IMG/VR virus record: IMGVR_UViG_3300009506_000052
Coordinates: 1-49,003 of that record
Direction: 5' to 3' (one strand)
From: a virus
Lineage: Duplodnaviria; Caudoviricetes
Length of the DNA stretch: 49,003 nt
Under the pieces are notes generated by a model that was not told the origin of the DNA, did not search any database, and worked only from the letters and a program-made list of their open reading frames with translations. Below are positions 17,380 through 26,847 of this stretch, piece by piece (the stretch's first letter is position 1; every line of letters starts with the position of its first letter). The position numbers were made by a program, and so were the translations under genes.

Positions 17380-17798
17380 TGGCAAACGAGAACCGCTTTA
17401 TAGGGTTAACGACCCTATCTGGCACAGAGGTCCTTGAGGTCCAAGAAGGCGTCGGCGGTGTCGCCGCCTTCGCGGGCGTCAATGTAGTTCGCAACAGCCG
17501 TGCGCTTGATCTTGCGTCAGGCTCTGGCGCTGCAACTACTGTAATGGCCAATGGCCAGTCGGCGCTGATGTGGACAGGGACTGCCCCAACAACTTGGGGC
17601 ATTACCCTTCCGCCCAGCCCAGCCGATGGACAAGTTGTGACTATCGGCACAGCAACTACCCTGACCACATTGGTTACTGTTACCGCTGCGGCAGGTACAT
17701 CACTGAACGCGACCTATAACTCGCAGACACTTTCTGCGGTTACTTCGGTCCAGTTCGTATACGACCTACCAACCACAACTTGGTATCGACTGAGGTGA
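17379..17798 (+). CDS. putative head decoration/fibre protein
   Basis: Thr-rich beta protein; ITLPPSPADGQVVTI; ends WYRLR. Confidence 0.6.
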   Translation: MANENRFIGLTTLSGTEVLEVQEGVGGVAAFAGVNVVRNSRALDLASGSGAATTVMANGQSALMWTGTAPTTWGITLPPSPADGQVVTIGTATTLTTLVTVTAAAGTSLNATYNSQTLSAVTSVQFVYDLPTTTWYRLR

Positions 17799-17802
17799 TC
17801 CC

Positions 17803-18201
17803 ATGAGGAAGATGCTGCTGGCACTAACTTTCGCTCTGTTGGCAACGGTGCCAGCAGCTTCTCAACAGATCACGCCTACTACGCAATTCACTATCCCTAT
17901 CGCTGCTGGTACCCTAACGGAGACGAAGATTGTCTCGGGCATTACTGGCAAGTCGATCTACGTCACACAGATTTCACAGGTTGCAGCTGCTGGTGCTGTC
18001 GTAACCTATACGACCGGCACAGGCACAAACTGTGGCACAAGCAACGCTGCGCTAACTGGCGCAATGACCTTCGCTGCCGCGCAGACGTTAGTCGCTGGTA
18101 CAGGCAACGGTGCCGTCCTAGTGGTGCCAAAGGGCTTTGATCTATGCCTCACTATCGCCACCGCAGGCGCGCCCGGCTTCCTCTCATACGCTCAATGGTG
18201 A
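17803..18201 (+). CDS. beta-sandwich protein with Sec-type signal peptide
   Basis: MRKMLLALTFALLATVPAASQ; two Cys in the mature part. Confidence 0.7.
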   Translation: MRKMLLALTFALLATVPAASQQITPTTQFTIPIAAGTLTETKIVSGITGKSIYVTQISQVAAAGAVVTYTTGTGTNCGTSNAALTGAMTFAAAQTLVAGTGNGAVLVVPKGFDLCLTIATAGAPGFLSYAQW

Positions 18202-18204
18202 TCT

Positions 18205-18579
18205 ATGGCGGTTATCCCATATTCGCTGGTTGACAATGGCCAAAAGGTTGTTGGTGATCCCACCATTGTCTATCAATGGTCTAACCTAACCTTCGTCGGC
18301 TCTGACAGTGGCTCTCCACTCCCAGGCATGGGCTGGTCGGATCGCTCTATCCAAGTTGAAGGTACTATCGGCGCGGGCGGCACGATAGTTATTGAGGGCT
18401 CGAACGACGGATCGAATTGGCACACTCTCAAGGACCCGTTCTCTGTCGCAATTTCTTTCACTGCGACCGGCCTTGCTCAAATCACCGAGATCAGTCGCTA
18501 CGTTCGTCCACGAGTATCTGCTGGAGACGGAACGACTAGCGTTACTATCACCATCGTCCTAAGGACTCAACGTCTATGA
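18205..18579 (+). CDS. putative virion beta-sandwich protein
   Basis: IEGSNDGSNW and RYVRP motifs typical of jelly-roll domains. Confidence 0.65.
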   Translation: MAVIPYSLVDNGQKVVGDPTIVYQWSNLTFVGSDSGSPLPGMGWSDRSIQVEGTIGAGGTIVIEGSNDGSNWHTLKDPFSVAISFTATGLAQITEISRYVRPRVSAGDGTTSVTITIVLRTQRL

Positions 18580-18983
18580 GCAAACCATTCTCAGATGATG
18601 AAATCATTAGCGAACAGCAATTCGTCGATGACGCTAAGCGCTTCTCAAAGATGTTTGGAAGCCTTATTAAAGTCGGAGACATGCTTGCGCCGATTGTGTC
18701 GGTCAAGCGCGCGGCTAATGAAGCGAATGTTCGTCTGCAAGAATTAAGAGAAGAAGAGATAAAGACCAAAGCCGCTCTCGACCTTCTTAAGGCCTCGTTG
18801 GAGAGCGCGAGAGATGAAATCGCGCGGGCTACCAATGACAAGCTCGAAGAGATTGCCAAGGCAACGAGTGATAAGCAAAAAGTTCTTGACGATATCAATC
18901 GAGAAATCGCAACACGCAAGGAAGAATTAGACACCATGTTGAAGAAGCGCGAGGAATTCCTCAAGAGCATAGGAGCTAAATGA
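18576..18983 (+). CDS. coiled-coil protein (135 aa)
   Basis: Heptad-rich E/K/L/A sequence; coupled ORF. Confidence 0.7.
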   Translation: MSKPFSDDEIISEQQFVDDAKRFSKMFGSLIKVGDMLAPIVSVKRAANEANVRLQELREEEIKTKAALDLLKASLESARDEIARATNDKLEEIAKATSDKQKVLDDINREIATRKEELDTMLKKREEFLKSIGAK

Positions 18984-19300
18984 TGGAAAGCGTCCAAACT
19001 GGAACAGAAGCTGGTGCGTTTCGTGCCTTCATTACCAATGGAGGTCCCCATAATCCTGAGACGCTAGCAGAGATGACGTTCTGTCAGTTGTTCGCACCAA
19101 TGGATGATCCAGCATATTACGCAGCGCAGCAGTTAATCAAAGGCGCCCTTAAAGATATGCATGAGAGCATTCAGAATGCTGTTCGTGCCCTGCTTCCTTA
19201 TTGCTCGAAGGAGCCAGGTGTCCGCGAACAGGTCTTTCGCGTACTCTTGCGTGACTTGGCGACCTCTATGGAGAATGAACGCGGCTATCACAAGGAGTAA
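18980..19300 (+). CDS. hypothetical protein (106 aa)
   Basis: AGGAG RBS; coupled ORF. Confidence 0.7.
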   Translation: MMESVQTGTEAGAFRAFITNGGPHNPETLAEMTFCQLFAPMDDPAYYAAQQLIKGALKDMHESIQNAVRALLPYCSKEPGVREQVFRVLLRDLATSMENERGYHKE

Positions 19301-19305
19301 TATAG

Positions 19306-19764
19306 ATGGCTATCACGACTGCAATGCCGACCAGCTTTAAAGTGGAGTTAGCAACTGCTACGCACAACTTCACAATTACAACTGGCAACGTGTTCAAGGT
19401 GGCGCTTATCAAAGCTACACCGACCGGCACTTATGGTGCTGGTAGCACGAACTATTCCGATATTACTGGCAACTCCGATGAGACGAGTGGCACTGGCTAT
19501 ACTGCTGGTGGCTTCGCTTGGACGGCTGCGCAGAACATCACTCCGCAATCGTCAGGCACGACCGCCTATTGGGAATGGTCAGTAAATCCGTCGTGGACTT
19601 CTTCGTCGTTCTCTACTGATGGCTGCATGATTTACAACTCCTCAGCCTCGAACGCAGCCGTCTATGTTGGTGACTTCGGTGGAACGCAGACCGTTTCCTC
19701 TGGAACGCTGACGCTGGTCCAGCCAACCAACGACTCGACGAACGCGCTCCTGCGCATTGTGTGA
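19306..19764 (+). CDS. small beta-rich structural subunit A (fibre cassette 1)
   Basis: AAGGAG RBS; SFK, FKVAL, E.SGTGYTAGG, IYN, DFGG, GTLTL. Confidence 0.7.
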   Translation: MAITTAMPTSFKVELATATHNFTITTGNVFKVALIKATPTGTYGAGSTNYSDITGNSDETSGTGYTAGGFAWTAAQNITPQSSGTTAYWEWSVNPSWTSSSFSTDGCMIYNSSASNAAVYVGDFGGTQTVSSGTLTLVQPTNDSTNALLRIV

Positions 19765-20339
19765 TGCTCAGCGCCGTCGCCGGCATTGTTGACCGCAAAG
19801 GCGGGCTACGCGTAGTGGTCACGCAGCGATGGCGTATGAGGCATCACGTTAAGCGCAACGAGCGCCTCTATGTTGTGCCTGATCTTGAGGTGCAGGAGCC
19901 GGTCCCTTGGAACGAGGTTCCTCCGCTTATCGAGAAGGTGCAGAAGCACGTTGTCTCAACGATAGCACCAGAGAACAAATGTGGTAGTTGCACGGCTTGT
20001 TGCAAGACGCTCTATATTAAAGATGGGCGTTTCGAGAAGCCTTCTGGCGCACTCTGCAATCACTGCGACGTTGGCTTTGGTTGCAAGCTCTATCAAGGTC
20101 GCCCAAAAGTCTGCAAGACGTTTAAGTGCTGGTGGTTGAAGTCGCAGTCACGCAACGACAAGATGCCAAAGGCGCTTAGACCAGACAACTGTGGAACGAT
20201 CTTCACTGAGAATAACGATCCATTGATTATCGAGTCTCATGGCGAGCCAAATGCTGTGGCATGGGGTTGGATAAACTCTATGCAGGCCGCTGGCTATAAG
20301 GTGAGGAAGATCACTCACTATACTGGTGAGGGATCATGA
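19761..20339 (+). CDS. YkgJ-like CxxCxxCC Zn/Fe-chelating protein
   Basis: CGSCTACC, C.HC, C.LY..RP.VC..FKC.W. Confidence 0.78.
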   Translation: MMLSAVAGIVDRKGGLRVVVTQRWRMRHHVKRNERLYVVPDLEVQEPVPWNEVPPLIEKVQKHVVSTIAPENKCGSCTACCKTLYIKDGRFEKPSGALCNHCDVGFGCKLYQGRPKVCKTFKCWWLKSQSRNDKMPKALRPDNCGTIFTENNDPLIIESHGEPNAVAWGWINSMQAAGYKVRKITHYTGEGS

Positions 20340-22504
20340 CACAAGTATTTCTAGTTAATGGTTCTTCGTCGCCTTGGTCAGTTCCGGGCGACTGGAACAA
20401 TTCTAATAACTCAGTCGAACTCATCGGTTGCGGCGGCAGTGGTGATGTTGGAACTACTGGCACTAACGGATTGAATGGCGCAGGTGGTGGTGGCGGCGCT
20501 TACGTTCAACGTACAAATCTGACGTTGAGTGGAACTGTACCGTTCCGCGTTCCGGCTGGCGACGCAGGACTGACCACGCGTTTCGGTAATGATGGCTCGA
20601 CTGGAACAAACTACTTTGGAGCACAATTTGGTGTAACTGGCTCGAGTGGTGGTGCTGGCGGCTCAGCAACTCCAGAAACGGGTGGCACGCCTCCCGGTAC
20701 TGCTGGCAATTCATATGCTGGCGGTAGTGGTGGTAGCGGCGGGAACAAACAAGCATCTGGCTCAGGTGGTGGTGGTGCTGCTGGTCCTGAAGGTGCTGGT
20801 AAAAATGGCTCAACTTGTGGGGCTTTTAGCAGCGTTACTGGTGGTGGTGGTGGTTCATGTGGTGCGTCAGCTACGGATGCTCCTGGAACAGGTCCTCCAC
20901 CATCAGCTAGTGCTGGTGGGCAGGGTGTAGCCGGAACTGGAGCTGGCTCTGCTGGTCAATCTGATAGCGGAACATTAACCGCAGGTGGTAATGGCTCCGG
21001 AGGCGGAGGCGGAGGTGGCGGAGGAGGTGTCTACGGTACTTCATCGACTAACCCCACAGCGGGTGGACATGGTGGTTCAACTACAACTTGGGACTCTTCC
21101 CACGGGTCTGGTGGTGGAGGAGGTGGCGGTGGTGCATGTTCCGTAAATAATACTGTCGTCATGGATAATTCCGCCGGTTATGGTGGCAACTACGGAGGTG
21201 GTGGCGGCGGGTGCGGATACCTTAGAACGGGCTCGTCTTTCACCGCAGGTGCTGGCGCTGGCGGCCTCATCGCAATCACCTACACTCCCGCTGGTCCGAG
21301 CATAAACCTCACGAAGGTTACTGGAACAGGCACGGTTGGCTCGTTCTCGAAGCAGATTACGACAAATCCGGCGCTGACGAAGGTCACAGGCACAGGCAAT
21401 GTTAATTCGATTACTGCCCAGATCGACAAGACTCTCGCGCAAGCCTCTGGCACCGGCGCGGTCAACTCATTCACAGTCGATATTAGCTCTGCTACAAATG
21501 TTGATCTAACTGGTGTTTTCGGTACAGGCTTTGTCAATCCATTCGATATTGCAATCGACGTTCCGCTAACTCAGGTCTCTGGCACAGGGACTCCTGCCTC
21601 ATTCATTCCAACCATTAGCGTTACGTTAGGTCAGGTTTCTGGAACTGGCACAGTCAATACTCTATCTGTCACAATCGACAGTAGTTTCGCTCTTGTTGGA
21701 GCTTCCGGAACAGGCTCAGTCAATCCATTCACTGTTCAAATCGATACTGACGTTCTACTTACACAGATTACAGGCACAGGAACTCCTGGCGACTTCACTG
21801 TTACAACAGGTCAAAGCGTTGATCTGGTTAAGGTAACTGCTACAGGACAGGTCGGTACGTTCTCGTTCCAGATCGACGACAGCTTCGATCTAGTTCAGGC
21901 CACAGCTACCGGCGCGGTCAATGTCCTTACTTCCAACATTAGCGCCTTCTTCACAGGCACTTCCGCAACAGGTTCTGTCAACCCATTTGATAGCGTCACC
22001 GTTGCGCCACAGCTTGTCCAAGTCACAGCGACTGGCGCAGTCAATGTCTTCACTACCGCTATCGACAAGACGCTTACTCAAGTAACTGCAACTGGCGCAG
22101 TTGGAGACTTCTCTGTCACCTCTGGCACAGTCATTGATCTAACGAAGGTTACAGCGACTGGCGCGGTTAACAGCTTTGCTATTGAAGAGGACATTCCTCT
22201 TGCTCAGGCAACTGGCACTGGAGCAGTTGGTGATTTCACTGTTGATACTGGCACTAGCGCAAATGTCAATCTAACACAAGCCTCTGCAACAGGTCAGGTT
22301 GGCCTATTCACGTTTGAGGAATTGAAAGAACTTGCTCAGGTAACTGCAACTGGCGTTGTTAATGACTTCGGCTTTTCAATAGATACAAATGTCTTTCTTA
22401 CTGGTGTCACAGCTTATGGTATAGCAGTCCCGTTCGTGTTCGCTCCACCACCTGGCGCAGGCCAGTCGTGGCTTAACATCTATCGAAGAAGAGGGAGAAG
22501 ATAA
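20336..22504 (+). CDS. fibre protein 1: Gly-rich N-terminal domain plus 18 tandem ~22-aa repeats
   Basis: Poly-Gly blocks, then LxxV(T/S)(A/G)TGxV repeats (21299-22430). Confidence 0.75.
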   Translation: MTQVFLVNGSSSPWSVPGDWNNSNNSVELIGCGGSGDVGTTGTNGLNGAGGGGGAYVQRTNLTLSGTVPFRVPAGDAGLTTRFGNDGSTGTNYFGAQFGVTGSSGGAGGSATPETGGTPPGTAGNSYAGGSGGSGGNKQASGSGGGGAAGPEGAGKNGSTCGAFSSVTGGGGGSCGASATDAPGTGPPPSASAGGQGVAGTGAGSAGQSDSGTLTAGGNGSGGGGGGGGGGVYGTSSTNPTAGGHGGSTTTWDSSHGSGGGGGGGGACSVNNTVVMDNSAGYGGNYGGGGGGCGYLRTGSSFTAGAGAGGLIAITYTPAGPSINLTKVTGTGTVGSFSKQITTNPALTKVTGTGNVNSITAQIDKTLAQASGTGAVNSFTVDISSATNVDLTGVFGTGFVNPFDIAIDVPLTQVSGTGTPASFIPTISVTLGQVSGTGTVNTLSVTIDSSFALVGASGTGSVNPFTVQIDTDVLLTQITGTGTPGDFTVTTGQSVDLVKVTATGQVGTFSFQIDDSFDLVQATATGAVNVLTSNISAFFTGTSATGSVNPFDSVTVAPQLVQVTATGAVNVFTTAIDKTLTQVTATGAVGDFSVTSGTVIDLTKVTATGAVNSFAIEEDIPLAQATGTGAVGDFTVDTGTSANVNLTQASATGQVGLFTFEELKELAQVTATGVVNDFGFSIDTNVFLTGVTAYGIAVPFVFAPPPGAGQSWLNIYRRRGRR

Positions 22505-23019
22505 TGGCTACATGGCGTCTAAAAAGTGCTCACTATCTGATCGTTCCAGATACTGAGTGGGAATACAAAGAGACCGATCGTCAGACTGGAAAACAGGCTC
22601 GGAAAGTCTTTAAGGTTCCGCGCTACCTTAATCCAGAGGACCCGGCCGACTATACTCATCGAGAGCAGGAAGCTATTATCGTTGCCAAGGGCGGTAACGA
22701 TCATCGCGCACTGCAGTTTGAAGGCCCGCCGACTCCTGAGATGGAGCCGCTCGACGACGAGGCGAAGAAGCTGACGGAAGCGGAAAGCGCTAAGTGGGTT
22801 CATCCGATCGAGTCGCTGCCTGGTCAGGGCTACAATGCTTCACTCTTGACGAGTCTGGAGCAGCAACTCGCGAAGCTTGTCAGCGGCGAGGAGAAGAAGC
22901 CGGTTGCGGTCTCCGGCATTACCCCTGCCGACTTCAAGAAGTTGCAGGATCAGCTGAATATGCTCGTTGCGAAAAACGCTGAGTTAGAAGCACAAATTAG
23001 ACAGGGCACTCGGAAATGA
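22504..23019 (+). CDS. hypothetical virion-associated protein (171 aa)
   Basis: GGGAG RBS; C-terminal coiled coil. Confidence 0.75.
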   Translation: MATWRLKSAHYLIVPDTEWEYKETDRQTGKQARKVFKVPRYLNPEDPADYTHREQEAIIVAKGGNDHRALQFEGPPTPEMEPLDDEAKKLTEAESAKWVHPIESLPGQGYNASLLTSLEQQLAKLVSGEEKKPVAVSGITPADFKKLQDQLNMLVAKNAELEAQIRQGTRK

Positions 23020-23483
23020 CCGACCTCGATCAGGGCGGAAGAATTCCGCAAACAGTTAGAACCTACCTTGGCCCTACTACTGGGTGGAAGCTCACTGACG
23101 CCCCGATCAACTTTAACTTCGTGATCGATGGCGGTGGTCAGCTTCCTTCCAATGGATATAAGGGTCAAATCCTCAGCCCTGATTGGTGCGTCATCTACAG
23201 CTGGATATTGCTTAGCCAAACGCAAGGCTCCTGCGTCATCGACGTGTGGAAAACCACTCTCGATGACTACCTTGCCGGTACGCCACCAACGGTAGCGAAC
23301 TCTATCACTGGAAGTGACTTACCTACCTTGACAAATGCTTATGCTGCGCAAAGCACAGCGCTGACTGGTTGGACGAAGCAGATAAATCAGAACGATGTTA
23401 TCGGCTTCAACCTTGATAGTGCGTCAGTCTTGACTAACGTGACTATCATTCTGCAAGGCGTTCGTATCATTGGCCCCTCATAA
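23016..23483 (+). CDS. putative virion beta-sandwich protein (155 aa)
   Basis: IDGGG....G.KG, GSCVIDVWK, LTGW. Confidence 0.65.
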   Translation: MTDLDQGGRIPQTVRTYLGPTTGWKLTDAPINFNFVIDGGGQLPSNGYKGQILSPDWCVIYSWILLSQTQGSCVIDVWKTTLDDYLAGTPPTVANSITGSDLPTLTNAYAAQSTALTGWTKQINQNDVIGFNLDSASVLTNVTIILQGVRIIGPS

Positions 23484-23494
23484 GGAGAACCTCG

Positions 23495-23920
23495 ATGGCT
23501 AATGCAGTCTATCCTCTGATGAAGAACTCGTTCATGAACGGAGACACGAATACGTCCATGAATGTAGACACTACGACTGACGGACCATACACTGCTCTTA
23601 CCGATACCGGCACCCATGCCTATTCGGCAGCAGATCAGTTCTACAGTTCAGTTGTTGCTGCTACGGTTGGTACAGAACAACGAATAGTGTCTCCGACTGT
23701 TGGCACGGTTGCGGATGCTGTCTTTGACGGTTCTGACCTGACCTTCACTGCCGTCACTGGCGCCTCGGTCGAAGCTCTCACAATCTATCGCCACAACTCT
23801 GGCGCAAACACGACTTGGCGGTTGGTGCTGTTCATCGACACAGCCACCGGCCTCCCGGTCACGCCAAATGGTGGTGATATCACTGTAACTTGGGATGCTC
23901 AGGGGATATTCAAACTATGA
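23495..23920 (+). CDS. small beta-rich structural subunit B (fibre cassette 2)
   Basis: AAGGAG RBS; VFD..D.TF, EAL.IY, LFID, LPVTPNGGDITVTW...GIFKL. Confidence 0.7.
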   Translation: MANAVYPLMKNSFMNGDTNTSMNVDTTTDGPYTALTDTGTHAYSAADQFYSSVVAATVGTEQRIVSPTVGTVADAVFDGSDLTFTAVTGASVEALTIYRHNSGANTTWRLVLFIDTATGLPVTPNGGDITVTWDAQGIFKL

Positions 23921-24243
23921 CGAAGGACCCTATGCTTCTCGGCACCTCTGATAGGGGCCGAGAACTCTTTCAGAAGATATCCGAAGCGATTGATGGCTTT
24001 CCGTCTGACGATGTGATCAACGCAGCGGCAAACCTAGTCATCAATGCTCTTCGTGGCGTTCATCCAACTCGTGAAAGCGCTGAGCGCAGCTTTGATGAAA
24101 TCTTCGGTCGCACAAAACAGCTACTTATGGATCACTACGACTCGCTTGGGCGTAAGCGCGGAGTGTTTCCATACAACCAGACTATTCGAGTTCCATTTAT
24201 GAACTTAAGTGTAAAAGACCCATACATTGGGAATAAGAACTGA
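23917..24243 (+). CDS. hypothetical protein (108 aa)
   Basis: ATGA and TGATG coupling on both sides. Confidence 0.7.
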   Translation: MTKDPMLLGTSDRGRELFQKISEAIDGFPSDDVINAAANLVINALRGVHPTRESAERSFDEIFGRTKQLLMDHYDSLGRKRGVFPYNQTIRVPFMNLSVKDPYIGNKN

Positions 24244-26078
24244 TGGCTATTCGGTTCTGGGTTGGCGGCACAGGTACTTGGAGTTCTTCTGATACCTCTC
24301 ATTGGGCAGCGTCCAGTGGAGGGGCTCCGGGAGCTTCTGTTCCGGGGGCATCGGATAATGTAAACTTCGACGCTAACTCAGGAACTGGCACAGTTACTAT
24401 CAACTACTCGCCATCTATCATTGTGTTCAACTCTGCAAACTCTACGCTAACATTCTCTGGTACCAACGGTCTAACTGCCTCAGGTAATGTTACCCTTGGC
24501 TCCGGCAACACTTATAGTGTAACTGGTACACTTACTGCAACAGGTAATTGCACCTTTACATCGAATGGAAAGTCATGGGCTGGCGACGTTACCTTTAATG
24601 GAGCATCTAAATTTTTCCAGCTTGGAGACGACTTTAGTCTTGCTGGGGATAAAATATTAACGCTGTTAGCAGGATCACTTTTACCGCTTACTCATAATAT
24701 TACTGTGGGTAGATTTTCATCGACAGGAACTGGAACCTGTTCTATAAATACTCTTAGTAGCGCGGGAACAGTTATAAATCTTATTCCAAGTACTTCAGGC
24801 ACAGCTGCGTGTTGGTGGATAACAAATACTAATTTCAGTTATAGCCAATCCACTGAAACGACAATAAAAGTCGAACCCACCTTTGTTGGGTCGGGGATGC
24901 AGATTAGGGCTCCTGTTTCTGGCACACTGACTATGCCTAAACTTTGGATTCACCAAACAGGCGCCGCTGCTAGTAACGCTATCGAGTTTGGTGGTAATCA
25001 AACTTACGCTTATGATTTCATTGATGATGGTACTACAGCACATACGCTTAGGTTTAGTCTTGCGACATTTACTTTCAATGGTGCGTTCAATGTTAATGGT
25101 ATTACAGGACAGGTGATATCTATAGAGTCAGTATCGTCGGGAACGCCAGCCACGTTTTCAAAGAGTTCTGGAACAGTTTCTGTTGACTATCTTGACATTA
25201 AAGACAATACTGCTACTGGCGGCGCTACTTGGAACGCCGGAGTTCATTCCACTGACAGCGGTGGTAATACTGGATGGAACTTTGCTTCCTCCGCCGCAAA
25301 CATTGCACCAAGTCTTTATACCAACACCAACACGTTCTACTCAACCGTTGTTATGCCAGCGGTTTGGGATATTGCGCCTTCGATCTACAACAACGCTAAC
25401 ACATTCTATACTGCCGTAGTCAGTTCCACTGTCAGCATTACACCAACGCTATATACTAATACCAACACATTCTATACAACAGTTGTAGTTAGTGGTATCG
25501 GCGCAACCATCTTTGAGAATACCAATACCTTCTATACTGCCGTTGTTGGTCGTGGTGCTGTCGGGGTCACGCCGAGTCTTTATACTAATAGTCAGACCTT
25601 TTTCACAGCCACTGTTCGGAACGTCAAGAGAATCACCCCGATCATTTATAATAACTCTAATACTTTCTTCACTGCTATAGTTACTCCTGGCGCGGCCGCG
25701 ATAGCACCAACGCTGTATGTCAATGCCAATACTTTCTATACCGCCGTACTGACTGGTGGTATTCAAGCAGGGCATATCAATCCAACACTATTCGAGAATA
25801 CCAATACTTTCTTTGTTCCTGTCGTCCACTCAACAAGTAAAATCACTCCTGTTCTTTATCAGAACACAAATACGTTCTATACAGCCGTTCGCACATCGAC
25901 AGTCAACGTGACGCCATCGCTGTTCCAAAATACCAACACGTTCTTTACTCCTGCTATCACCACATCTGCCCATAACATATCTCCGTCACTGGTTGTTAAC
26001 TCACAAGAGTTCTATAATCCAGTGATGAGTTGGATTACGAAAGAGAACTCTCAAAGCTTCATTATTGGACTTGGATAG
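24243..26078 (+). CDS. fibre protein 2: beta-helix-like N-terminal domain plus 11 tandem ~22-aa repeats
   Basis: RFWVGGTGTW...PGASDNVNFDANSG; IxPxLYxNxNTF(Y/F) repeats (25299-26025). Confidence 0.75.
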   Translation: MAIRFWVGGTGTWSSSDTSHWAASSGGAPGASVPGASDNVNFDANSGTGTVTINYSPSIIVFNSANSTLTFSGTNGLTASGNVTLGSGNTYSVTGTLTATGNCTFTSNGKSWAGDVTFNGASKFFQLGDDFSLAGDKILTLLAGSLLPLTHNITVGRFSSTGTGTCSINTLSSAGTVINLIPSTSGTAACWWITNTNFSYSQSTETTIKVEPTFVGSGMQIRAPVSGTLTMPKLWIHQTGAAASNAIEFGGNQTYAYDFIDDGTTAHTLRFSLATFTFNGAFNVNGITGQVISIESVSSGTPATFSKSSGTVSVDYLDIKDNTATGGATWNAGVHSTDSGGNTGWNFASSAANIAPSLYTNTNTFYSTVVMPAVWDIAPSIYNNANTFYTAVVSSTVSITPTLYTNTNTFYTTVVVSGIGATIFENTNTFYTAVVGRGAVGVTPSLYTNSQTFFTATVRNVKRITPIIYNNSNTFFTAIVTPGAAAIAPTLYVNANTFYTAVLTGGIQAGHINPTLFENTNTFFVPVVHSTSKITPVLYQNTNTFYTAVRTSTVNVTPSLFQNTNTFFTPAITTSAHNISPSLVVNSQEFYNPVMSWITKENSQSFIIGLG

Positions 26079-26087
26079 GAGGCAAAT

Positions 26088-26243
26088 GTGCCAAGCCATA
26101 CGCCAAAGCAAGCAAGGATGATGGCAGGGGCCGCGCACGATCCGGCCTTCGCTAAAAAGGTTGGGGTGCCTATGGCAGTTGCGAAAGAGTTTAATAGAGC
26201 CGACGTTAAAACCGGCATCTTGCGGAGGAAGAAAAAGAAATGA
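26088..26243 (+). CDS. small basic protein (51 aa, MPSHTPKQARMMAGAAHDPAFAKKVGVP...)
   Basis: Own translation; AGGAGG RBS; pattern common in small phage proteins. Confidence 0.7.
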   Translation: MPSHTPKQARMMAGAAHDPAFAKKVGVPMAVAKEFNRADVKTGILRRKKKK

Positions 26244-26620
26244 GCGTTCTCATTGACGAAAAGTTATTAGTGGAACTACAAAATATCCGCCGCGAGTTAA
26301 AGACAATTCGCCAGCTTGCGTCTGATGCTGTGAACTATATTCGTGGTGCTGAGGCGGAAATACCTGAGATGATGCGTCGGTTTATGAACTATATGCACGA
26401 TGTTCACGATATTAAGTATATGTATGAGGAGCAAGGCCATCCGCTCCCTGCATATATCCTTCGTGAACTTGAACGACTCGACGACCGCTATCGACAGCTG
26501 CTAAGCGAGCTGCATAAAGATGGCAATGCTTTCGAGAGGGTCCGTCGAGATATGGCTGAGGACAAAGAAAATCGCTGGGATCATACACGGAGATTAGAGT
26601 TCAAAGGAGGTAAGCTATGA
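26240..26620 (+). CDS. hypothetical protein (126 aa)
   Basis: ATGA coupling. Confidence 0.75.
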   Translation: MSVLIDEKLLVELQNIRRELKTIRQLASDAVNYIRGAEAEIPEMMRRFMNYMHDVHDIKYMYEEQGHPLPAYILRELERLDDRYRQLLSELHKDGNAFERVRRDMAEDKENRWDHTRRLEFKGGKL

Positions 26621-26847
26621 AGCAAGGCAGAGCAACTCACAGTGGAATGGGCTCGACCAAAATTGAGCCGGCAGCAAAGGCGGTCTCGCCGGGTGCTGTA
26701 AGTCGGTTGGGATCAGCGCAGGGAACCCACCTGACTGATAACAGAGAGGTTCGATTACGATCGACGAACCTCTACGAAGGGCGCGGACTCGAGGCGCCTA
26801 AGGCATCCTGCACGACCAGCAACTGTGGCAGCCAAGGGAGACACTGA
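26617..26847 (+). CDS. small disordered protein ending NCGSQGRH
   Basis: AGGAGG RBS; coupled ORF. Confidence 0.7.
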   Translation: MKQGRATHSGMGSTKIEPAAKAVSPGAVSRLGSAQGTHLTDNREVRLRSTNLYEGRGLEAPKASCTTSNCGSQGRH

